Source of the DNA: Spirogloea muscicola
Lineage: Eukaryota
Assembly (NCBI GenBank): GCA_009602725.1
Contig: WELB01000010.1
Span: 409,151-473,150 of the forward strand
Length of the DNA stretch: 64,000 nucleotides
Direction: 5' to 3'
The notes beneath the pieces were generated by a model. That model was not told the DNA's origin and did not search any database. It worked only from the letters and a program-made list of their open reading frames with translations. Within the stretch, counting starts at the first letter, position 1. Each line of letters opens with the position of its first letter. Made by a program: the position numbers and the translations under genes. Below are positions 53,771-64,000 of the stretch, piece by piece.

Positions 53771-56700
53771 ATGAAGTCTCGGTGCCTCCTGTTGGCTACA
53801 TTGCTGGCCGTGATGGCCGCCCAGGGGCTCGCGGATCCTGGTCTGTAAGAGCATCCTATGTTGTAGTAGGAGTGCATCCTATCCCTCGCGGTCGCAAGTC
53901 AAGCTGATGTCAACTGGCTGGGGCAATCCATGGAACAACACTGTCATTGCCATACTGCTCGCGCTGCCATTGAATCGAAGAGCGGCAGGACGGCATAGGA
54001 CGGCACGGCACTGCTGTTTACGTAGCTCCTCTTTTCTTCGTCACATTGGCACGGTGCTGATTCGCTTGCTGCCTTGACCACCCGCCTACAGCAGGGAGCA
54101 CGCTCATCAATTGCGGAGGGCCAGACTTCACAGACGTAGCACCCTATGCTCGCAACTGGACTGCTGACAGTAATTATTCTGGCATCTCAGAGAAGACTGT
54201 TGTCTCGAACATCACCAACCTGGTCTTTGCAGGCTTGGAGCTGTACCAAACGGCCAAATATACTGACGCCTCCGTCCCTCTTTCGGTGCTTCCACATTCT
54301 ATCCCCCCACACCTAATGCCTGAAGCTTCATGCTTGATCATTGCGGCCTCGCCATTGGCCCCGCGTGTGAATCTGATGTCAAGGTCCCTACTTGGCACCA
54401 CAATGCTAGCGCTCCATGATGTTTCTCAGTTGTTTTGATTCTTATAACTGGACATTTCATGTTCTTCACTATCACACGCTTTGGTGCTGGGAGTGACCAT
54501 GTTGGTTGTGTGCCAAGTGCAGGGCCAGACCTAGCCGTAGGATATGTTCCCAGACTGTAAATACAGTATATTCACGTACTTAGTCATTTCCAAGTCGAAG
54601 CTACCACAGAGCGACTCATCTCAGGCACCTCTTACATGTGCTTGCCTGCAGTATGCTATCTTCACCGATTTCGATCTGCAAACTTCCACCTTTTTGAGGA
54701 GCATTACTGAGGACCGCTACTTCATTCGCTTGCACTTTGCTGCTATCCAGCCCCAATCTGGAGCTTTCCCTGATCCCTCCAAGGCCCTTTTAACGTCACT
54801 GCCACCTATCCCAGCCATGAGAGTGGTTCCTACATCACAATGCCCTTGCTCAGCTATTATAATGTCACTCAGCAAGCATCTGCGCAGGTAAGCTCGTGAG
54901 AGATTGCCCTGCGCTGGACCAAGTGCCTCTATCACTTTGCTTGCTGCTCCTGGCTCCTGTCCTGAAGATACTACTTGCCGGTGTTACAGTCCAACGGAGA
55001 CGCGCTGGCAGTGGCCATCATGGAGGAATTTTCCCTTCCCCTGGGTGTCCATATTGTTCGCAATGGATTATTAGTCACTTCAAGCCAGATGCTCAATATC
55101 ACTTTCACTCCCATCGCTGACTCCTTCGCCTTTGTGAATGGCATCGAGCTGGTGCCTTCTGATAAAGACCTCTATAATCAGCAACCCCGTCTTGCATCCA
55201 ACCACAGACGTACAAAAGAGATCAGTGGCAAGGTTTGTGCTGATCATTCACGCACTGAGTTTACGAGGTTGGAATGTGCTGCACGACATTCAGTAGCATG
55301 GTGGCCTGCAATCTCCGCAAGTTTGTGCATGTCCTGTACCCTTAATGTCAGCCGTCTGTGTTAGCCTGGGTGGTCGAAGAAGGTGACGCTGATGAGGAGG
55401 ACTTCTGCGTTCCTCCCTTTCCTTCACTGTGTCCAGCCATTGAAGCGTGAATACAGGCTAAATTGCGGTGGACTTAGTGTATCTTCTACTTCCGACAAGT
55501 TGTACCGAACATGGACAAAGAATGATGCGGACTTCCTCGACCCTCTTCCGGATATAGTCTTCCTTGAAGGTGGTATTGGTGGAGCTATTCCACTTCCACA
55601 ACTTGGGCGTCAAATTGGTGCGGCGAATATGACGGCAAATCGCTCTACCACGACATCACGAGACCACAACACCACGCTACCACAACACTTGATAGTGACC
55701 ACTCCAATACGCAACACGGACGCTCCTCCGTATTACACGCCGTTGTAAGCTTCCTATGATGGGCATTTTATGAATCATCATGCCATGCTCAGATGGATAA
55801 CTAAGAATGTGAGCAAGTTATGCTGACATTACAACTCACAATAATTGCAAAATTTCACGCTGGTATGGCTAGCCATCTGAAGGTCCCCATACTACATCCC
55901 TTGACATCTGCAGAGCTGTCGCCCAGAGTGACCGCAGCTTTCCAGCACTTGATGCGTCCCAGCTCACCTACAGATTCCCTCTTGACGATGGCTGGCATTA
56001 TCTTGTCCGAATTATCTTCAGCGAGAATGTGTATTCATTGCCAAATCAGCGCGTGATGAATGTCTTCCTTGATAAGGTCTTTGTTGGAGAAGTAAGTGCC
56101 TGCAGTCAATGTGAAGTTGATCAGAAATAGTTGTTCCTTCTATGCTCTTGCTTGCCATCATCGGAGTAGCTGGTGAAGATGGATGGAGGACGATAGAAAT
56201 AGAACATGGCATTGCTACTGCATACAGTTGCTCTTGTTTTGTACTTCAGATTGGCTTTGCAGCCAATTCTGACACCTCATCAACCAGTCCTCCCGCAGTT
56301 TGACATTGCCAAATTGGCGGGGAAGAACAGCGTCTATGTGAGAGATTTTGTTGTTAGCCTTCCTGTGGGACAGAGTTCCATGCGACTTGATATTCGCATT
56401 TCTAATAAGTCCATGGTGCGCAAAAGCCAGGTTGCGTCTGCTTCGTGAATTTGACATGCAAGAAGTGAAGCTTGTTCTGATGACACTCGAACCTAGCTTA
56501 TGAATCATACCTACTGCTTGTGTACACCACTGCTTTCTGCAATTTGCTGCAGGTGAATGATGTGGCGGTATCGGGCATCGAAATTATGAGGCTTGATACA
56601 GGGAGACCGGATAAGGACTATATCAGCACACCCCCTCCTCTTGGCACACCAGCTCCATCTCCAAGTGGCCCCCCCCCCACTAGGCGGACCAGCTCCATCT

Positions 56701-59700
56701 ATTGCAACGGCCCCTCCTCCTGGCACGCCCGCTCCTTTAGCCAGTGCCCCAGCTCCTGGCTCACCCGCTCTTCATCCTGCGGCCCCTCCTCATACCTCAT
56801 TTGCCCCTTCGATACCAAGCGCCAATCCTCCTGCTGAGACACCAGCTTCTCCTACTCGAACCTCTCCTCCTCCTGCGGGCACACCGGCTCCTCCTAAAGG
56901 GCCGCAGGGGAAGAGCTCTAGCTCAGCAGCCGTGATTGGGGGGGCGATTGGAGGAGTGGCAGTGGCGCTTATTCTCGCCACACTTTCATATTACTGCTGC
57001 ATCAGAAAGCGCAAGCAGGATAAGCATTCACTTTCTGAACTCTCAAAGCCATCAACCTCCAGAAGGACCCCCCCCTCCTTTCCTGGCAAAGGGCACAAGA
57101 CGCTGCCTGGTGAGCTCTGGTCAGCGCAAACCAAATGTGATTTGCGTGCAGGATTGATTCAGAGCAAGCATTCACATGTCAAGTATGTGCCTGTGGTGTG
57201 AAGTCCGACATTTTTATAAAATGTGACAGAAGTGCATCAAGGCCAACTATACAAGATGCAGCCATTGTAGGTACAGGCTTATGGCAAGGCCTGATGGGGT
57301 TGCATAAGCATGCTAGTGACCTGTGGTTGGAATTGCATCCTTCCTGCAAGCTTGTCTGGCCACTTTTACAGAGATGGACGTAGAAACTTTGTTATGCAAA
57401 CAGGACAGCTTCATGTGCTAACTGGAACTTGCGCGGGTATAGAGACAGGCAAGCAAATTGGGAGAGAGTTCTTGCTCCAGGAGCTAGTTCTGGCTACCAA
57501 TGACTTCGCCGACGATTTGTTGCTCGGTGTTGGCGGGTTTGGCAAGGTTTTCAAGGTAAGGGTGTGCTCATGACGTTGCAGATCTTTGTCAAGGCAACGT
57601 CCAACCTGTTGCTATAAAGACTGGCTCCTTAGCAGCTTATGCACTAGCCGCTTACGATCCGTAGCACTAGCAGCACTAGCAGCTTATGTTCCACCCCACC
57701 CCAATTGACCATCGCTCACTTTGAAGGGCCACCATGCTGCAGGGTGTTCTAGAAGATGGCACAAAGGTTGCCGTGAAAAGGTGCAGCCCTGATTCTCGCC
57801 AGGGCATTGTGGAGTTCCATACAGAAATCAAGCTGCTCTCCCAGCTAAGGCACCGTCACCTTGTGTCTCTGATTGGCTATTGCGAGGAGGGTTTGGAGAA
57901 GTTACTTGTGTACGACTTCATGTCGAATGGCGTCCTACGGTCTCACCTTTATGGTAAGTATTTGTTGGTTGACTGTTACCCTGCTTGTTGCAGTCTTCAA
58001 CTACAGGGCAAGACTTGAGCGTCCTTCGTCCCAAGCAGCAGACTTCTTGACAGAAGAAAACACTGCATCTAGCTAGATTCACCCATCCATGTATCTTGGG
58101 ACTGGCAGGCACGGATGCGGTCTTACACAACGTCCTTTCCTGGAAGCAGCGCCTTGAGATCTGCATTGGGGCTGCCCGTGGTCTTCACTACCTTCACACT
58201 GGTGCTGCTCAGAGCATCATCCATCGTGACATCAAGGTGTTGCTTCTCAATTTCAATGTTTTGCCGTCTGGGCTCTCATGTACCCAGTGCTTTGGAGCAT
58301 AGCTGTGGATCTACGTGATTCACCAGTATGTAGACAGTGGCGCTTTCTCTTACCTAGTCATCCACGACTTGAGGAAGCAGGCTGCACAGCTTTGCAAGTT
58401 CAGAACAAGGTTGAGTAACCCCTTTGTCTTTTGGGGGGCTGGCAAAGCAGAGCACAAATATCCTACTGGATGACAACTTTGTGGCAAAGGTCGCTGATTT
58501 TGGTCTCTCGCGTATTGGACCCGGCTTGGGCAATCCCAATGTAATGTCCTATATATCCAACTCTCGAAGAGGTGGGTTGCAGTTGTGGTGCCCATTCGTC
58601 ACACCATGGGGCTTGATCATGATGAGGCATGCTGGTAATCAATGTTAACTTACTAAGAGTCTGCATATAGTTGATACATCAATTCGCCTTCTTTGCTTCA
58701 CCCGTCAATGCCCAGGTGAGCACAGTCGTGGCAGGCAGTGTGGGATACCTCGATCCCGAATACTTGTGCAGGTATTCATTATGGAGCTCAGTAAGCCTGA
58801 AAAGCTGCATATGTATATACAATCTTGTACAGTACAGGTTCCCGTGTAGGGACAGCATTCATAGGAATGATCATAGCTTTGTAGGAAATATATGCACCTC
58901 AGCTGGCGACGTGACCAGGCAATGGTTGCTCACAATGATAAGCAATCCCTGCTTGGTTTGTTTTTCTGGTCTCATTGCAGTCTTCTGTTAAATGAGAAGT
59001 CAGACGTGTACAGCTTTGGAGTTGTGCTGCTGGAAGTCATCTGTGCAAGGGCACCAATCAACACCGAGATTTCAGATCAGCTTACACTTGTCAAATCAGT
59101 AAAGCCATGAACTCAAACTGACATTTTCACGACTACCAGTAGCAAAGTGAAGGCAGGGGCAGAATTTTGGTTTTGCTCTGGTGTGGCGAAGCATCTGTCA
59201 GTGGACTTCAAGGCTGTCCCTCAGAACACTCCTCAATTTTGCAGGTCCAGAACCTCATGAAGCACAAAATGCTGGACCAGATGCCAGATACCAAGATGGC
59301 TGGCACTTATCAGTGGGCGTCCATGAAGAAAGTGGTGGAGCTGGCGCTCAAGTGCGTCTCCTATGACAGCTCAAATCGTCCACCCATGAGTGACGTCCTT
59401 TGGAACTTGGAGAGTGCGCTCTTGCTGCAGGTAACAGGACAGGAACTATTGGCCATTAGCGTGCTTTCTTTGTGCTCGCCCTTTGTCAACTGGAGTGCTT
59501 GCCTTTTGTCAATGTGAAAGAAGTGCCAACACGTGGCAGGCTGGGTGAGTCAGACATTCAGTAAGATAAGGAGTGTAAGTTAGTCACTAGAGATGTCCCT
59601 CTCAGTCCCTTGCCTTCAGGTGCTGATGATGTAACAACCAAGGACTGCACAGCAGCTCTGATGCAACAAAAATAGCTATCCTGATTGTGATAGATGCTGG

Positions 59701-59978
59701 ACAGAAGGCAACTAGGTTGCCGCTTTTCTCTAATTTTCTTTAAAGTGTTGCTCAGTAAGGAAGTGTGGGTGGATTTGCAGGAGGCAGACAGCGCTGGCAA
59801 TGAGTCGGAGCCTACGATCATCGTTAGGCAGGATGGCATGTGGCCGAAGTTCCAGGACGATCGCAGCACATACATTCAAGTAAGCTATGGCTCCGTCCCT
59901 GGCCGCCGTGACCCAGTCTCTGTAGACAACAGCAGGGTGTCTCTGGAGGACGTCAGCGTGATCCTCCATGGCAGATAG
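53771..59978 (+). CDS. CrRLK1L (FERONIA/THESEUS-like) malectin-like receptor kinase; intron-rich; two apparent 1-nt frameshifts (sequencing error or pseudogene)
   Basis: Signal peptide [14 protein letters not shown]; malectin-like [39 protein letters not shown] and VSGIEIMRL; Pro-rich stalk; [18 protein letters not shown]; kinase [67 protein letters not shown] and GYLDPEY; ends GR*. Confidence 0.9.
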
Positions 59979-60866
59979 CTGGTGGCAGTCCAGCTCATCA
60001 GAATGCCCAAGCACCCGTCCCGCTACCCTGTCCTACTTCTGTATGGCCCTTGCCGATCACTTATTTCCAACCGCGACATAAGCGCGGATGCTCGCTGTCC
60101 TACGTCTGCCAGATTGTGAATTGGCCTCAAGCCGGAAGAGGGCAGGGTCATCCTGTGTCACTATAGCTGCTCGCCTGCCTCAATCCTCTCTTCTTGCTGG
60201 GGCAGTATGTAACAAGGAGACTCAGGCCCTCACTGGAGTATAGCTTGCTCGATTTGCCGAGGCTGTGACAAGCCGCCAGCTGCTTTTGAGTTGCGCTCCC
60301 CTGCCACAGCCTGGCACTCCTCTTGTATTAGTGCGCGAAGTCACAGTTAGGGTTGTTATACGTCAGACACAACATCTCTGGTCCATGGCTTTATCTGAAA
60401 GTATCGATTCTACCCTTGATGCATTACAGTATTACTGCTTCATTATCGCTTCGCACCCTTGCTTGTTGGTGAGGGTGCTGGAAAGCGCAGCTTTTGACGG
60501 TCTCATGGCACCGGAGCTTAGGCACCGGAGCTGCGGACAAGCCGGCCTGATAAGAAATGCACTCGTCGACGCACCCAACGATGACGGAGCAGCTCCAGCA
60601 GCCCGCTTGTCCATACTGGTGGGCTGGCCATCTTGCTGCCACCCCTGAAACGCTTGTCCTTCAGAGTGGCACTCGTCCCTACCAGAAGGTGGTCGCCAAG
60701 CGAATCTGGCAAGCTTCCACTGATCGCGGCAATGGCAGCAACCTTCGTGCTGCAGCGCAAGCACGTCGGCCCGTCGCCTCTAGGGCTGCCCCGCAATCCA
60801 ATAGTGGCACAAGGGCGAAGGGCTGTGCGAAACTGCCTCCAAGCCTAACCTTGGACCTTCGGAAAG

Positions 60867-61728
60867 AAGAAAGTGCTCGCCCATTGAGAATAGGGGCTGC
60901 AAAAACCAGCCCGAAATATAATGAATAGAGTACGAGAAGGGGGCCAGGGGAAGCGCTAAGAAACAGAAACAAAGCAGCTACGAATCACTCAGTAACCTCT
61001 GCTAAGCAGCCGCAGGTCGGAGATGCTAGGCTCGTTGAAGTGGGTCCCCTGGCCAGAGCCAGAAGAAAGGGCTCGCCCATTGAGGATAGGGGCTGGACAA
61101 GCCAGCCCAAAAAAGAATGAACAAAGAACGAGAAGGGGGCCAGAGGAAGCCAGAGGAAGCGCTAAGAAACCAAAGCACACAAAGAAAGCCAGAGGCAGCA
61201 GCGAGGGCTCGGCCGGCACGAAGGTGCAACGCGCGGGCCATAGACCTCTGCAGCGAGACGGCCAGGCGCATTCGATACACTTGCGCCAGCGACCCGGCTG
61301 CAGGAAAGTCGACCGGCTCCCCATGGAAGCGACGGGCGATGGTGTGGCGGGCGAGCTGGGTGAGCAGCTCGAGCCACCGAGCGCCCAGCGCCCCATGGGT
61401 ATCAATGGCCAAAGGGAAGAACTCGTCTTCCCGCGGATGGTCTGCGCACTTCAGCTCCTTAGCCCGAGCAGCGCAGGCGACCGCATACCCAGCCTTTGTG
61501 GCACATTGAGCTGGGTGTGAGCGGTCGTAGGCATCAGTGTTCACCACGTCCAGGAGAAGACGTGGCCCGCCGGCCTGTCGGGTGGCCACCAGGTCAACAC
61601 GCCGGGCGTGGAGACCGTTGGCCCTTTGCTGGATCGGCATGATGCCGGAGTGCTCCGCTGCCACGGAGAAGCCAGCCTCCAAAAGGATGCCATGCATCAC
61701 ATCGCGGAGGCGGTGGGCCGCTGTCCGC
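60867..61728 (-). mobile_element. 5'-truncated RLE retrotransposon (subfamily B) with 8-bp TSD, containing a nested 123-bp copy
   Basis: AHRLRDVMHGILLEAGF..RRVDLV..LLLDVV..AKELK..FFPLAIDTHGALG..RLAVSLQRS..ISDLRLLSRGY*. Outer TSD TCGGAAAG at 60859-60866 and 61729-61736. Inner insert 61064-61186 with TSD AGCCAGA. Confidence 0.9.
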
Positions 61729-62292
61729 TCGGAAAGCCTTGGCGTATACACGCGAGCGAATCTCATTGTGTTTCATTGCATCTACTGCATTGCGAGTTTG
61801 TTTCATTGGCATCTTGCCACTGTCACTCGATATTGCAAGTCTCTGGGCCGCTCCCTTGGTCCGAGTTCGCTGTTACTCTGGGCCACTCCCTTAATCCAAG
61901 TCAGTGTTACTTTTGAAAGTCTCTTTGAGGGTACTTTTTTGGCTCGTTTTGGTTCCTTGTTTGCACGCTTTGCTTGTGACTTGTCCTTCCCGATCTCGTT
62001 TCACTAGGCCGAGCGAACTGCCCGGCCCCGGCCCCTACACATTCTTTATGCTTGGTCAGATAAAGAATGACATTGTTTGTTGGGGTGGGCCATTTGGCCC
62101 ATTTGGGTTCCCCGGCCTCAAGGCTAGTGTAGCCCGAGACTCGCTTCTACCACTACCTACCATTTCCCCCACCACTGCCTAACCGATTCCTCACAGCCCA
62201 TCGAGGCATATCACGCCTTCGACGTGCTTTCGTGAGCTTTCGCGGCCTAATCAATCAGGGGCTTTGTGTAGTGAAGGTGGCAAGAGAGCAAG

Positions 62293-62487
62293 GACCCACT
62301 TCCACGAGCCTAGCATCTCCGTCCTGCGGCTGCTTAGCAGAGGTTGCTGAGTGATTCGTAGCTGCTTTGTTTCTCTGTGTGCTTGTTTTCCTTCGCGCTT
62401 CCCCTGGCCCCCTTCTCGTTCTCTGTTCATTCTTTTTTTGGGCTGGCTTTTCCAGCCCCTATTCTTCATGGGCGAGCACTTTCTTCT
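62293..62487 (+). mobile_element. RLE retrotransposon 3' fragment (subfamily B)
   Basis: GGACCCACTTCCACGAGCCTAGCATCTCCG..CTTAGCAGAGGTTGCTGA..GGGCTGGCTTTTCCAGCCCCTATTCTTCATGGGCGAGCACTTTCTTC, homologous to 60867-61050 in inverted orientation. Confidence 0.85.
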
Positions 62488-64000
62488 AATGCGCTGCACG
62501 CCGAGGCACTGATTGACCATGGCGGCGGAGGAGCCTACGCACCGTTGATGGGCGAAGCGCTGGCGCCGGATCCAGATGATGCTCCAATGCCGAGCCGGAT
62601 TGAAACGTACCTTCTCTGACCGAAGCGGGTTGGAGATACCGCGCTCGCGACCCCACCTTCACACCAAATTGGAAAGTGACGAACCCTCGAATATCCACGT
62701 GAGCAGCCACCTTCGCATCCTTGTCAGCACCGACACCAATGAGCTACCGACGGGTTGTCGCACGACAGCCCTCTTGGGAGAGGTGGCAGGTGAAGCGCTA
62801 CAAGTAGAGGGCAGAGGCCAGACCCAGAAGTCGGATCAGAGACGGCCCGAGAGAGGCACAGCCCTGCTGCTGCCTGCTGCTGCAGCCCGCCACCGCAGCC
62901 CTGCTGCTGGCTGCTGCATAGCTTAAGCCCGTCACTGCGGGCCTCGCCGGCTCTCTGCAAGTGCTGTGGCTGCGCCCCACGTGGGGACAGCTGCTAAGCT
63001 GCTAACCCTCCGCAACGTTACCACCTTCTGGCGGTGCCTCAGGGTAAGAATTCGCTGCGCTGGGCGCGTGTGCGCGGTGTGCGCTGGCATTCCACTCTGT
63101 AGGAGGGTTTTGTCTCAAAAACGTCCTATGTCCAAGCCGAAGGACGCTCTGACCCTGACTGTGTGTACAGGAACTGGAGCGTTACAATGTTGGTAGAGGA
63201 GTTCATGCATCTAGCCAGTCTCGTAGAGATTCGGCTGAGTGCAAGGATCTTTGTGAATTCTGAACTAATTTTCTCTTTCGACTTGAAAAACAATCAGGCT
63301 GTACATGGAACTTCATCAGCGAAGCGGCACGTGTGCCACCCTTTCGCCTTCGACATCCATGCACTGGGCCTTCAAGTTCCTAGTGGCTCTTCTTCTCGGC
63401 GGCAATCTGACTTGCCAGGTCAGTACTTGCCTGCTTCAAAACCCTGTGATGGCGGATTGCCGGCCTGTATGGAACACAGGTGACATGGAAGTGAACCCGG
63501 TCGTCGTTGAGCGGCAAAGTTTGGCTGTTTGCCAGGAGCTGGTCGTTGTCCCACTCCTGGTCCCTCGCTCCTGCTGCTAGTACAGCTCTGTGATTTCGAG
63601 GTATGATGCACGTGCTGTTATGATTGCTTGTTTGTCTTAGGCAGAAGTCCTTCTGAGTATTATCTTGCCAACGTGGATCCGCAATATGTCTGCCACCTGT
63701 GACTTGATCCGTCAAGGTATGGTGAGCATGAAGTCGCAAGGAGTTGCCGGACTCCAGCGCGTGTCCTAGCCCTACTCCACCGGTAGTACCACCTCTTAAA
63801 ATCGAGGAGCTCGCTGACGATCTGGCGGAACTCCAGGCGCCAAGTGCGGCTTGCCTGACCTCCAACGACGCGCAGCGCACTGCGCGCCTTCTGGAGCTCC
63901 ATGAGGCCGCGGTCCCGCGTGGGGACCCGGCAGTGGCCTCTTTCACGGGAGCGCTTCTGGAGGAAGTACAGACGCCCATCGCCCATGTGTGCAAGGGCGA

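Noticed and set aside
62500..64000. GC-rich ORFs at the window end
   Set aside because: No recognisable product; may belong to a feature continuing beyond the window.

Overview
Eukaryotic nuclear DNA, not prokaryotic. The genes are intron-rich and plant-like, with very GC-rich 5' ends, and the window is most likely from a streptophyte green alga (inference from a CrRLK1L kinase and plant-type PES, LDAP and GP210 in a GC-rich, many-intron background). Eight protein-coding genes are recognisable: organellar seryl-tRNA synthetase (5' end upstream of the window), CCB1, a phytyl-ester-synthase-like acyltransferase, a REF/SRPP lipid-droplet protein, nucleoporin GP210 (minus strand), an UNC93-like MFS protein, cytosolic HSP90 and a malectin-like CrRLK1L receptor kinase that has two homopolymer frameshifts. 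The most unusual signal is a diverse family of restriction-like-endonuclease (CRE-like) non-LTR retrotransposons. They occur as clustered, nested and extremely 5'-truncated copies (45-1000 bp) with 6-8 bp target-site duplications, T/C-rich non-poly(A) 3' ends and a conserved 3'-UTR hairpin whose loop can pair with the 3' terminus (candidate pseudoknot). The clusters lie mostly next to gene 5' ends. Degenerate telomere-like arrays occur in 5'-proximal introns with the G-rich strand on the sense strand. Exon boundaries were read by eye and no searches were run.
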